A stretch of 32,000 nt of DNA, taken from contig NC_007614.1 in NCBI RefSeq assembly GCF_000196355.1, positions 1,440,001 through 1,472,000 of the forward strand. The letters are read 5' to 3'. The position numbers and the translations under genes are program-made. This DNA is from Nitrosospira multiformis ATCC 25196 (GTDB lineage: Bacteria; Pseudomonadota; Gammaproteobacteria; Burkholderiales; Nitrosomonadaceae). A model generated the notes under the pieces. It had not been told where the DNA came from. It searched no databases and worked only from the letters and a program-made list of their open reading frames with translations. Below are positions 18,455 to 27,531 of this stretch, in pieces (the first letter of the stretch is position 1; every line of letters begins with the position of its first letter).

Positions 18455-19795
18455 GTGCGGCGGGGTCGGCTCCAGGCTTGTCCATGCCACTATGGTTTCA
18501 GCCCATTGACAGCAAATACCCTTCCTCAATATTGCCTCCTGATTGTCCTGATGAGCGCTCCCGCTGTCTGGGCGCAGGCGCTTATTTTCGATACAACGGA
18601 TAGTCCCAAAATCAAAAGTCAGGATGGCAATTTTGAAATGATTTTCGGCGCCCGGGCTCATCTCGATGTACATGCCTTCGACAACGATAAAGCCCATTCC
18701 TCCTATCCACCGTTCGGGAGCCAGATATCCGGCAGCTTTCCCGATAGCGGCTTTAACTTCCGGAGGGGATATACCGACGTAACAGGCAAAATCTATGACC
18801 TGGGTTTCAAATTCCAGAACGACTTTGCCGCTGGCACTTTTCCCGGCAGTCTGCGGGAGGTCTGGGTTTCGGCAAAGCTTGGTCCGGGGCTGTTGACAGT
18901 CGGCCAATTCAAGCCTTATCGGGGCATGGAGGAATTGACAAGCTCAAATGAAGTTACCATGATGGAGCGTCCTTCGACTTCATCCACAGGGATTTACAGC
19001 GGCCGGCAATGGCTGATGGGAGTGGGTTACAAGGGAATCTTCCGCGAGCGGATCGGTTACGCTGCGGATATCATGAGCTTGACGCATGCCGGTATGCCCA
19101 TTTCAGGCTCAAGCTATGGAGGGCGCTTGTTCTGGGTCCCATTTTCGAACGAAGGTAACATTCTTCACTTAGGATTCTCGTATAGTGTGGATACCCCCAG
19201 TAGCGAATCCCTTGCAGCAAAGTTTGTGGATATTTACGGAGGCCGTCGCGGAATTACTAAATCTCTCGGGGTTGCTGGCAAAAGTTCGGATTTATCCGGC
19301 CATAGCAGCCAGTCGACCTTTGCTCTGGAAGCTGCATACGCGCTCGGTCCGGTGACCTTGCAGGGGGAGTACGTAAACTCAACGCTCGACGATACGCATC
19401 TTGTATCAGGCAAGCAAAAAGATTCGACGATACAATCCTATTACGTGCAGGGGAGCTGGTTTGTGACCGGCGAGAGAACCGTTTACCGGAAAGAGCGCGG
19501 GGCTTTGGGCAAACCAAAGTCCATAGGAAAATGGGGCGCTCTCGAACTTGCCATACGCTACGATTTCGCTGAAAACCTGGCGCAGAGTTTGATCGCTGAC
19601 CCCTGCGGCACCGGAACCTCGAAATGCCAGGTAGAGGTCATTACATTGGGCGCCAACTGGTATGTTCGCCAGGGTTTGCGCTTTATGCTCAATTATTATC
19701 TGACGGAAGCCTCGATCGGGAATAGCGGTCCGGGCACGCCCAACCGGAAGGACGGGCCGTCCGTAATTTCATTTCGTACTCAGTTGAGTTTTTGA
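18455..19795 (+). CDS. Phosphate-selective porin O/P-like outer membrane porin
   Basis: ARAHLDVHAFDND...FRRGYTDVTGKIYDLGFKFQNDFAAG...FREVWVSAKLGPGLLTVGQFKPYRGMEELTSSNEVTMMERP...YVQGSWFVTGERTVYRKERG...LRFMLNYYLTEA...VISFRTQLSF. Start codon uncertain (GTG in track). Confidence 0.87.
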   Translation: MRRGRLQACPCHYGFSPLTANTLPQYCLLIVLMSAPAVWAQALIFDTTDSPKIKSQDGNFEMIFGARAHLDVHAFDNDKAHSSYPPFGSQISGSFPDSGFNFRRGYTDVTGKIYDLGFKFQNDFAAGTFPGSLREVWVSAKLGPGLLTVGQFKPYRGMEELTSSNEVTMMERPSTSSTGIYSGRQWLMGVGYKGIFRERIGYAADIMSLTHAGMPISGSSYGGRLFWVPFSNEGNILHLGFSYSVDTPSSESLAAKFVDIYGGRRGITKSLGVAGKSSDLSGHSSQSTFALEAAYALGPVTLQGEYVNSTLDDTHLVSGKQKDSTIQSYYVQGSWFVTGERTVYRKERGALGKPKSIGKWGALELAIRYDFAENLAQSLIADPCGTGTSKCQVEVITLGANWYVRQGLRFMLNYYLTEASIGNSGPGTPNRKDGPSVISFRTQLSF

Positions 19796-19930
19796 CCAGC
19801 AGAAGTTTTAAGTCAGGACGTGCGGCTTCGAACGTGCATACTGCCGGAATCTTGCATACCTTCACGAAGCCTGTTCGGGGACGAGTCCTCTACATTCCCT
19901 GCCAGCCTCGCTGGAGCGCCATAAGAGGGG

Positions 19931-20497
19931 CTACATGCGCTCGATATATTCACCGCTATCGGTATTGACCTTGATTCTTTCCCCCTGCAGGACGAATGGC
20001 GGGACCATGACTACCAGGCCCGTTTCCGTCGTGGCCGGTTTGTAGGAACTGGTGGCGGTGGCGCCTTTCAGATTGGGCTCGGTGTCGGTGATGGTGAGCA
20101 CCACGCTGGCAGGAAGTTGCACGCCGATTGCCCGATCGTTATGGAAGTTGACTTGCACGTCTGTATTCGGCAGCAGGTATTCATACTGCCCTTCAAGGAA
20201 ATCACGCGACAAGCTCAGTTGCTCATAGTTTTCCTTGTCCATGAAGATATAATTGTCGCCTTCCTGGTAGAGAAAAGTCATTTCCCGCGGCTCCACGAAA
20301 GCACGCTCCACCTTGTCCTCGGTCCGGATACGCTGGTTGGTCTTTGTGCCTGCTTCGATATCTTTCATTTCCACCTGCATGAAGGCTCCCCCCCGGCCGC
20401 CAACATGGACGTGGTAACATTTCAGTACGCGCCAGATTCGCTTGTCCCATTCAATCAGATTGCCGACGCGAATTTCGGTAGCAAGAACTTTAGCCAT
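19931..20497 (-). CDS. efp: Elongation factor P
   Basis: 188 aa from ATG at 20497: MAKVLATEIRVGNLIEWDKRIWRVLKCYHVHVGGRGGAFMQVEMKDI...IGVQLPASVVLTITDTEPNLKGATATSSYKPATTETGLVVMVPPFVLQGERIKVNTDSGEYIERM. Confidence 0.97.
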   Translation of the reverse strand: MAKVLATEIRVGNLIEWDKRIWRVLKCYHVHVGGRGGAFMQVEMKDIEAGTKTNQRIRTEDKVERAFVEPREMTFLYQEGDNYIFMDKENYEQLSLSRDFLEGQYEYLLPNTDVQVNFHNDRAIGVQLPASVVLTITDTEPNLKGATATSSYKPATTETGLVVMVPPFVLQGERIKVNTDSGEYIERM

Positions 20498-20514
20498 ATT
20501 TCTGGTGATTTCCT

Positions 20515-21231
20515 TTGAAACAAGAAGCGCGCATCTTACTACAAAAAACCCCCGATAATTCTTCCCCGGTTGAGTTTTCAGCAAGCTGCCGGCGCTGTCC
20601 CCGATTGGCCGGGTTTCTGGATGAGGTGAAAGCCCGCCACATCGATTATTATGCCCGGCCAGTGCCTGCTTTTGGCGATCCCAAGCCCCGGCTCCTGATC
20701 ATCGGCCTGGCACCGGGAATGCATGGCGCGAACCGGACAGGCAGGCCTTTTACAGGGGATTTTGCCGGCATTCTCTTGTATGGAACGCTCTTCAAGTTCG
20801 GTTTTGCCAGCCATGAAGGCTCTGCTTCCATCAATGACAATTTGGAGCTGATGCAATGCCGTATCACCAATGCGGTCAAATGCCTTCCGCCGGAGAACAA
20901 ACCGGAGGCAAGCGAGATCAGGCAGTGCAATAGCTATCTCGCACATGAGATTTCGGCCTTTGCAGAAGGGGGCGGTAGCGCGCTACTGGCTCTTGGCGCT
21001 GTTGCTCATCAGGCTGTGTTGATGGCACTGGGCCTCAAGCCGAAGTCCCATGCCTTCCGTCATGGTGCCGTTCATGCGCTTGCCGGAAACTTCGGGTCTG
21101 ATGACTTGAAACGCAACGGGTTGACGCTATATGACAGCTATCATTGCAGTCGTTACAATACTCAGACCCATCGCCTGACTACAGAAATGTTCGAAGAGGT
21201 GTTTGCAAAAATCCGCTCTGACCTGCTCTGA
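20515..21231 (+). CDS. Type-5-like uracil-DNA glycosylase family protein (predicted Fe-S)
   Basis: CRRC ... LLIIGLAPGMHGANRTGRPFTGDFAG ... RITNAVKCLPPENKPEASEIRQC ... DSYHCSRYNTQTHRLTTEMFEEVF; four cysteines suited to a 4Fe-4S cluster. Confidence 0.88.
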   Translation: MKQEARILLQKTPDNSSPVEFSASCRRCPRLAGFLDEVKARHIDYYARPVPAFGDPKPRLLIIGLAPGMHGANRTGRPFTGDFAGILLYGTLFKFGFASHEGSASINDNLELMQCRITNAVKCLPPENKPEASEIRQCNSYLAHEISAFAEGGGSALLALGAVAHQAVLMALGLKPKSHAFRHGAVHALAGNFGSDDLKRNGLTLYDSYHCSRYNTQTHRLTTEMFEEVFAKIRSDLL

Positions 21232-21271
21232 CCTGGTTTCATGGCGGACAGCGGAAAACTGGAGATTAACC

Positions 21272-21460
21272 ATGCCCTATGTCAATATCCGTATTGCCGG
21301 CTCGCTCAGTCGCGAGCAAAAGAAACAGATTGCTCAGGAAATAACCGATACGCTGGAGCGTATCGCTCATAAGCCCAAATCCTATACGTATATCGCTTTC
21401 GATGAAATGCCTCATGAAAACTGGGCCATCGCGGGCACCCTGCTGGGTGAGGAGGACTGA
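21272..21460 (+). CDS. 4-oxalocrotonate tautomerase-like small protein
   Basis: [62 protein letters not shown], with N-terminal Pro after Met as in tautomerases. Confidence 0.88.
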   Translation: MPYVNIRIAGSLSREQKKQIAQEITDTLERIAHKPKSYTYIAFDEMPHENWAIAGTLLGEED

Positions 21461-21465
21461 GCGCC

Positions 21466-23286
21466 TTGCAGGCAGAACCGGCTTTCGATGCCAAGGCGTT
21501 TTGTGCGGGCCTTCCATCCCAGCCTGGAGTCTATCGCATGATGAACTCAGCCGGGCAGGTGATTTATGTCGGCAAGGCGATTGATCTCAAGAAGCGTGTT
21601 TCTTCCTATTTTCAGAAGAATGGCCTGGCTCCCCGTACGCAACTCATGGTTTCCCAGATCGCGGGAATCGAGACCACCGTTACGCGATCCGAAGCAGAGG
21701 CCCTGTTACTCGAAAACAACTTAATAAAGAGCTTAAATCCTCGCTATAACATACTATTCAGGGATGACAAATCATATCCCTACGTGATCTTGAGCGGCCA
21801 CAGGTTTCCCCGGCTTGGATTTCATCGCGGTCCGCTCGACAAGAAACATCATTATTTTGGTCCCTTCCCGAATGCGGGAATGGTGCGAGAGAGTATCCAG
21901 TTGCTGCAAAAGGTATTCCGGATTCGCACTTGCGAAGACAGTGTTTTCAGTAATCGTACACGCCCCTGCCTGCTCTACCAGATCAAACGCTGTAGCGGAC
22001 CCTGCGTCGATCTGGTCAGCGAAGAAGTTTACGCGGAAGACGCAAGGGATGCGGAGCTATTTCTCCAGGGCAAGCAAACGGAGGTTCTGAAAAGCATTAC
22101 GAGAAAAATGCATGAGGCCGCCGAGGAACAGGAATACGAGCAAGCGGCGCTGTTTCGCGACCAGATTCAGTCTCTGCGAAAGATTTGCGAAAGGCAATTC
22201 GTGGATAGCGGGCGAGCGCTGGATGCCGATATCGTCGCCTGCGTGGCAGAGAATAACGGCGGCGGACGGGTGTGCGTCAACCTTGCCATGGTCAGGGGAG
22301 GACGCCACCTCGGGGACAAGAGTTTTTTTCCGCAAAACGCGGAAGGATACGATCTCGCTACGGTGGCGGAAGCATTCCTGGCCCAGCACTACCTCAATCG
22401 CAGCATCCCAGATCTGATCATCGTGGGCGAGAGAGTTCCGCGGGAATCTCTCCAGGCTCTGCTCACTCAGCAGGCTGGCCATAAAGTGATCATCAATGTG
22501 AATCCGATAGGTAGCCGGCGTGTTTGGCTGGAAATGGCGACAGAAAATGCCGCCCTTGCCCTGGAACAAATGCTGGGCCGCCAGGCGAGCCAGGAGGAGC
22601 GGCTGCTAGCCTTGCAGCAGGCGCTGGATATGACCGGGTTGAGCCGGATCGAATGTTTCGATATCAGTCATACAATGGGCGAAGCCACCATCGCTTCCTG
22701 CGTGGTTTATGACAACTTCGGCATGCGCAATAGCGAGTACCGCCGCTACAATATTACTGATATCACGCCGGGAGACGATTATGCGGCCATGCGCGATGTT
22801 CTGTCACGGCGCTACCATAAGATTGCGGAAGGCGAGGGAAATCTGCCTGATCTGATCCTGATCGACGGGGGAAGAGGGCAGATCAACGCTGCTCTCGAGG
22901 TCATGGTAGAGCTGGGGTTGAATGATGCCAACCTGGTAGGCGTGGCAAAAGGCGAGGAGCGCAAGCCGGGACTGGAGCAATTGATTTTCCCAGGGGTGAA
23001 AAAACCACTACAATTATCAAAGGATCATCCCGGATTGCATCTCATCCAGCAGATTCGGGATGAAGCGCATCGCTTTGCAATTTACGGTCATCGCGCAAAA
23101 CTCGGCAAGGCCCGCGTCAGTTCAAGCCTGGAGCAGATCGCCGGTATCGGCGCCAAGCGCCGGCAAAGTTTGCTGGCAAGGTTTGGCGGCCTGAAAGGCG
23201 TGCGCACTGCGAGCATCGAAGAATTGCAGCAAGCTGACGGCATCAGCCGCGCGCTCGCAGAGAAAATTTACAGGGAACTGCATTGA
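21466..23286 (+). CDS. uvrC: Excinuclease ABC subunit C
   Basis: 606 aa (TTG start): GIY-YIG domain [34 protein letters not shown]; UvrC homology [35 protein letters not shown]; C-terminal HhH. Confidence 0.97.
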   Translation: MQAEPAFDAKAFCAGLPSQPGVYRMMNSAGQVIYVGKAIDLKKRVSSYFQKNGLAPRTQLMVSQIAGIETTVTRSEAEALLLENNLIKSLNPRYNILFRDDKSYPYVILSGHRFPRLGFHRGPLDKKHHYFGPFPNAGMVRESIQLLQKVFRIRTCEDSVFSNRTRPCLLYQIKRCSGPCVDLVSEEVYAEDARDAELFLQGKQTEVLKSITRKMHEAAEEQEYEQAALFRDQIQSLRKICERQFVDSGRALDADIVACVAENNGGGRVCVNLAMVRGGRHLGDKSFFPQNAEGYDLATVAEAFLAQHYLNRSIPDLIIVGERVPRESLQALLTQQAGHKVIINVNPIGSRRVWLEMATENAALALEQMLGRQASQEERLLALQQALDMTGLSRIECFDISHTMGEATIASCVVYDNFGMRNSEYRRYNITDITPGDDYAAMRDVLSRRYHKIAEGEGNLPDLILIDGGRGQINAALEVMVELGLNDANLVGVAKGEERKPGLEQLIFPGVKKPLQLSKDHPGLHLIQQIRDEAHRFAIYGHRAKLGKARVSSSLEQIAGIGAKRRQSLLARFGGLKGVRTASIEELQQADGISRALAEKIYRELH

Positions 23287-23367
23287 ATCTTGCCCAGCCT
23301 GCAGGCTCAGTGGCTTGCAGCGGGACGCTTTCCAGATTCGTTTTTTAATAGCATATTCCCGATCCTT

Positions 23368-23940
23368 ATGCCTTTTAATCTGCCCAACGTACTCACCTGG
23401 CTGCGCATCGTGGCGATTCCGCTGTTCGTGGGTATATTCTATTTTCCCTCGACCTGGTTATCGCATGCGGACCAGAACCTGATCGCAACCATTATCTTTA
23501 CTGGCGCCGCCATTACCGATTGGCTGGATGGTTATCTTGCGCGCGTGCTGCGGCAGACCTCGGCGTTCGGTGCGTTCCTCGACCCCGTTGCCGACAAGCT
23601 CATGGTCGCTGCCGCGCTCATCGTGCTGGTTTACCTGAGCAGGCTGGATGCGCTCATCGCTTTCATCATCATAGGGCGGGAAATCACTATTTCGGCCTTG
23701 CGCGAATGGATGGCCCAGATCGGCAAAGGCAAGAGCGTGGCCGTTTCCTTTCTGGGAAAATTGAAAACCGTATCGCAAATGGCGGCCATTCCGCTGCTGC
23801 TATATGACGAAAAAATAGATGAAAACTTCGATTCTCATGAAATAGGCACTTGGCTGATCTATCTTGCGGCAATACTGACATTGTGGTCGATGGCCTATTA
23901 CCTCAAGATCGCGATTCCCCAGGTGGTAAAGCATGGATGA
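23368..23940 (+). CDS. pgsA: CDP-diacylglycerol--glycerol-3-phosphate 3-phosphatidyltransferase
   Basis: MPFNLPNVLTWLRIVAIPLFVGIFYF...DWLDGYLARVLRQTSAFGAFLDPVADKLMVAAALIVL (CDP-alcohol phosphotransferase motif). The track ORF begins at 23290. Confidence 0.96.
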   Translation: MPFNLPNVLTWLRIVAIPLFVGIFYFPSTWLSHADQNLIATIIFTGAAITDWLDGYLARVLRQTSAFGAFLDPVADKLMVAAALIVLVYLSRLDALIAFIIIGREITISALREWMAQIGKGKSVAVSFLGKLKTVSQMAAIPLLLYDEKIDENFDSHEIGTWLIYLAAILTLWSMAYYLKIAIPQVVKHG

Positions 23941-24244
23941 GCAAGCCGGGCCAAAGGAAGGAGAAAAAATGCAATCACTATACAATCCGGACATCTACCC
24001 CGATGGGATTCGGGAAATGATATGCGAGTCGGGAGAAACGGGAATCGGGATTGCCAACCGGTGGATGACAGGGTGGCCGAAGAGAGTGGTGAAACTGCTG
24101 GTCGAGGATATGTACGAGGGCGCGTTTCAGTATCAGCTGCTGCAGGAACAGGATGTGATTGCAAGAGCGTCAAACCTGAGTCATCTCGCGCCAATGGAAA
24201 TCATCGTGATGTCGGGCCTGAATCCGGAGCCGCCAGAGGTGTAG
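23933..24244 (+). CDS. Hypothetical protein between pgsA and the tRNA pair
   Basis: 103 aa, overlaps the pgsA stop; MDEQAGPKEGEKMQSLYNPDIYPDGIREMICESGETGIGIANRWMTGWPKRVVKLLVEDMYEGAFQYQLLQEQDVIARASNLSHLAPMEIIVMSGLNPEPPEV. Confidence 0.7.
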   Translation: MDEQAGPKEGEKMQSLYNPDIYPDGIREMICESGETGIGIANRWMTGWPKRVVKLLVEDMYEGAFQYQLLQEQDVIARASNLSHLAPMEIIVMSGLNPEPPEV

Positions 24245-24532
24245 ACACCCCGGAGGTGCAGATAAATAGGAGGAGGCAGGGTGCATGATGTTTGTTCCAC
24301 AGGTGCAGGAAGTTTGACTGGCAAAAACAAGAGCCGGCCCGGCGACAGAAGTATTTGTTTCTCGATCTATCCGGCACTGAATCCAGATTACCTTCTCAAA
24401 GCCCTCATTTCCCTGCGCAACATCCCCCGCATGCAATATTTTCGCATGTCTTTTTTATCTTCAGGCAGATACCTTTGAGAGTTACTTTCTTGACAAAGAT
24501 AGCGCCGCCCTTATAATGGCAGGCTGTTTTTC

Positions 24533-24607
24533 GCGGGAATAGCTCAGTGGTAGAGCACAACCTTGCCAAGGTTGGGGTCGCGAGTTCGAGCCTCGTTTCC
24601 CGCTCCA
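24533..24607 (+). tRNA. tRNA-Gly (anticodon GCC)
   Basis: GCGGGAA acceptor / TTCCCGC with CCA encoded; D arm GCTCAGTGGTAGAGC; anticodon arm CAACC TTGCCAA GGTTG; T arm GCGAG TTCGAGC CTCGT. Confidence 0.97.
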
Positions 24608-24754
24608 GTTACTGGGAAAATGGATCATTGCCGTGGTCTCTGTCCGATTTGATTTGAGGGACTCTGGCTAAAAATATCCGTTTTCCCTTTTTGCTTTTTG
24701 TTCTCGCACCGCAATGGTGCCAAAGTAGCAATACGATCGCCGTAGGTCCAGTAA

Positions 24755-24828
24755 GGCGGGGTGGCAGAGTGGTTATGCAGCGGCCTGCAAAGCCGTGGAC
24801 GCCGGTTCGATTCCGACCCCCGCCTCCA
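24755..24828 (+). tRNA. tRNA-Cys (anticodon GCA)
   Basis: GGCGGGG ... CCCCGCC T CCA; anticodon arm CGGCC TGCAAA GCCG; T arm CCGG TTCGATT CCGA. Confidence 0.96.
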
Positions 24829-25160
24829 TCAAGTCAATAGGCTATAACGCATTTGGCGGTAAATTTTTTCGCCATAATTGCTATTTTGCTATTTTTCCCG
24901 TTTGGCATAACCTGAATTCAATACCTGAGAATACTTTTTCTCCGACTCTTTTTCCATGCCGGAAGCGTTCTTTGCGAGCAAGTCTCTGAACTGGAACCGT
25001 TCATATTTAATTCCAATTTCCTCGGCTCTCTTCTCTGCTTTGTCCCTTGCAATCCTGAAAATTGACTGCGGAAATAGCCAAAGTCTGGCAGATAGGTCGG
25101 ATTGGTTTGATATTGCATTATCGTACACCAGGGTCTCAGTATGGGGATTCCGGCAGACAT

Positions 25161-25184
25161 AAAAAGGCCCGGCGAAGGCCGGGC
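25161..25184 (-). terminator. Rho-independent terminator-like hairpin (minus-strand orientation)
   Basis: On the minus strand GGCCCGGC-CTTC-GCCGGGCC-TTTTT, 8-bp perfect GC-rich stem plus T tract. Confidence 0.6.
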
Positions 25185-25455
25185 CAGGAGTGAGTTTGCC
25201 ACAACCGCTTTCCTGTTTTGGGAGGGAAAAGCGAATGGGTAGATTAACAATATGAGGAGAGTTTTACCGTTAAATACTTAACGTATGAAAATAAAAAGCT
25301 CTTCGAAGAGAGTAATAAGAGTCTTTACAGTTTTCTTCAGAACTAACCGATCCTTTCAGAGAGAAAAGCGCAATTTTCCCTTTCTACTCTTTATTTAGAA
25401 CCAGCAAACCTGGCAGAAAATTTAAGGTTTCTGAATAATAGCTGGAGCATGTTAT

Positions 25456-25848
25456 ATGAAATCCTTGAAGATTCATTTAGACGGCGATAGCTTTCGGCCA
25501 TTTCTGATACTGCTCGACAAACATCGCCTTCCCTACATTGTGATTGATCATCGGCCAGATGCGCTTATATCTTCTCTGTGGCTGGACATTCCAAAGTCAG
25601 CGGAGATACTCGACCGTCTTTCAGGGGTGATAACAGAGTTTATATCTCGAAAAAATAAAAAAACTGTTATTTTCATGAATGACAGACGAAGAGTTGGTGC
25701 TTCGGGTCTGTCAGAACAAGAAATAGCTCTCCTTCTCGCGCATGCCGAGCGGATTAAGATAACGGAGCCGGAGATCGTGAAGCGCTTTATTACCGCTTCG
25801 GAAGATGCTACCTTAAAGCGACGAAAGCAACGTTTCTATAGTGAGTAG
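25456..25848 (+). CDS. Hypothetical protein (130 aa)
   Basis: MKSLKIHLDGDSFRPFLILLDKHRLPYIVIDHRPDALISSLWLDIPKSAEILDRLSGVITEFISRKNKKTVIFMNDRRRVGASGLSEQEIALLLAHAERIKITEPEIVKRFITASEDATLKRRKQRFYSE; coherent composition. Confidence 0.65.
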   Translation: MKSLKIHLDGDSFRPFLILLDKHRLPYIVIDHRPDALISSLWLDIPKSAEILDRLSGVITEFISRKNKKTVIFMNDRRRVGASGLSEQEIALLLAHAERIKITEPEIVKRFITASEDATLKRRKQRFYSE

Positions 25849-25970
25849 GGGGAGATCTGCATCAAACCCCACTCCTCCTCAGGCTTCCGTATAAAGAAGA
25901 ATAGCCGACTGTTCTCTTTAGGAATGCTCTCTGCAAGAGGCGATAAAGGCCGCCCACCTCGCAGATGCTC

Positions 25971-26321
25971 TTACTTCCGCATATCATAAATCTCGTCCCC
26001 CACCACCATCTTGACATCATAAAATGATTTTCCTTTGGAAGTGATTTTCCTGGTAAGAATTATGGCTGTCGGCCTATAGACATATTGATACCCATATTCC
26101 GCGCAAGTAAGGGATGTGTTGTCGTCAAACACGATCACGCGACCGTGGTCACACCCTTCGAACGTATCATTACCTTTTTCGTCGTCATACCATCGGTTTA
26201 TAGTTTTGCTTGCAGTAATTGTATAACCGACCAAGTCATTGAAATCATCCGCAAGTTTGGCATATGTCGGTAGTACTGCAAGGGAAAATATGAGGACAAA
26301 TATAAGCGAGAATATTTTCAT
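25971..26321 (-). CDS. Hypothetical secreted protein (116 aa)
   Basis: Signal peptide MKIFSLIFVLIFSLAVLPTYA; mature part has two Cys (EGCDHG, SLTCAEYG). Confidence 0.65.
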   Translation of the reverse strand: MKIFSLIFVLIFSLAVLPTYAKLADDFNDLVGYTITASKTINRWYDDEKGNDTFEGCDHGRVIVFDDNTSLTCAEYGYQYVYRPTAIILTRKITSKGKSFYDVKMVVGDEIYDMRK

Positions 26322-26456
26322 GTGCGATTCTTTCTCCTGCAGTATTGCTTAGGATTAAGAGCCGGCCGCAGGCATCACCCTGCTATCCAGGGTAGATAGA
26401 CTTGGACTATTGGGTAAACGGTGCAGGGGAGATCCTGTACTATGAGCTCATAGGGA

Positions 26457-26654
26457 TCAATAGTCCGTCAATAGATCGACAGTAACTTCCAGGGTAGAGG
26501 CGATACAGGACAATACCTTTATTGCTCCTGCGCGCTTTCTATTTTCCATCTGACTCAAAAATGCTTTGCTAATTCCGCTTCGATGAGTTGGTTGGTAAAG
26601 TATCCGGCGAGGGGATTGCTCACTCCTCAACCTCTTCCCCGAACTTGTCAGCAA
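26457..26654 (-). pseudogene. Remnant of an XRE-type HTH regulator
   Basis: Only the C-terminal part of the HTH fold is recognisable: HRSGISKAFLSQMENRKRAGAIKVLSCIASTLEVTVDLLTDY; the segment upstream is not HTH-like and overlaps the end of the DUF2591-like gene. Confidence 0.55.
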
Positions 26655-26964
26655 CGAAGCAGCGCATTGCAGCCATTAGAGGGGTTTCGCCTACCGCGAA
26701 TAGACTGTCCTGCTTTAATTCCTTCGGTATTTCTGCGTACCACGAACCATCAATTCTGGGCAAAATGCCTATCTTCTCCCTCTTAATAATCGGCCCACCT
26801 TGTGACCAGTCGGTGGAGGGGGAATATTCCTCCCATGCGGTGAGGCTGATCTCTTGGCACTTAGTCATCACCGGTACATATCGTCTTGCTGACACAATCC
26901 TGCCTTCAGCCTTCGCCACAAAAAAATCCAGTTCTGAACCTGTAAGGTCAGAAACTTTTTTCAT
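26620..26964 (-). CDS. DUF2591/NinX-like phage-derived protein
   Basis: LTGSELDFFVAKAEG...EEYSPSTDWSQGGPIIKREKIGILPRIDGSWYAEI...GETPLMAAMRCFVADKFGEEVEE; ATG preceded by GAGGAG. Confidence 0.8.
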   Translation of the reverse strand: MKKVSDLTGSELDFFVAKAEGRIVSARRYVPVMTKCQEISLTAWEEYSPSTDWSQGGPIIKREKIGILPRIDGSWYAEIPKELKQDSLFAVGETPLMAAMRCFVADKFGEEVEE

Positions 26965-27192
26965 AATGAAGCTCCTCTGTTAGCATCCTTTCAACACTCT
27001 ATCCCACCTGTATTCTCATCCATAGCAATAATCCAAGATTCAACAAAGAAAAAACCACGTAACCCGATTCTGCACATATGTATCAATGGCCGATCTGCCG
27101 CTAATCGTTTGGTGTAGGACAAGCTGATCGATTGGTTGCGCATATTTTTGCCTCGGCCCTTGAGCTCCCTGTTCTCCTTGTTCCGTGCCGGA

Positions 27193-27226
27193 GGTTGCTT
27201 ATAAGTCATTTGACTTATAAGCAACC
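27193..27226. repeat. Perfect 34-nt palindrome
   Basis: GGTTGCTTATAAGTCA-TT-TGACTTATAAGCAACC; 16-bp arms, 2-nt centre, no mismatches. Confidence 0.95.
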
Positions 27227-27531
27227 CCTTTTGCCATGGGACTTTTCTCACCTAGGAAAAGGGAGGTTTTACTCATGATTTCTTCTCCTTCCAAAAGTAC
27301 TCTGAAATCAATAGAACATGATGAAAGAAAGGATCAGCGGATCAACGCTTGGATCATCACTTTCTCGAAGAAATGCGTTTTGAGCTTGCCGACCTGTCTT
27401 CGAATGATTGCATATACATTTTTGCCCGCTCTCCGCTGATAACGGAATTGGCAGAGTTCTCTGGAGGATCAGGGTGAAACTAAAGTAAGCCGGCACACTG
27501 GGCACTTTCACTGAGAAAAGGAGAAAGCAAA

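Noticed and set aside
24918-25250. Overlapping minus-strand ORFs downstream of tRNA-Cys (24918..25250, 24889..25128)
   Set aside because: The terminator-like hairpin falls inside the longer one and neither has a convincing start or family; treated as non-coding.
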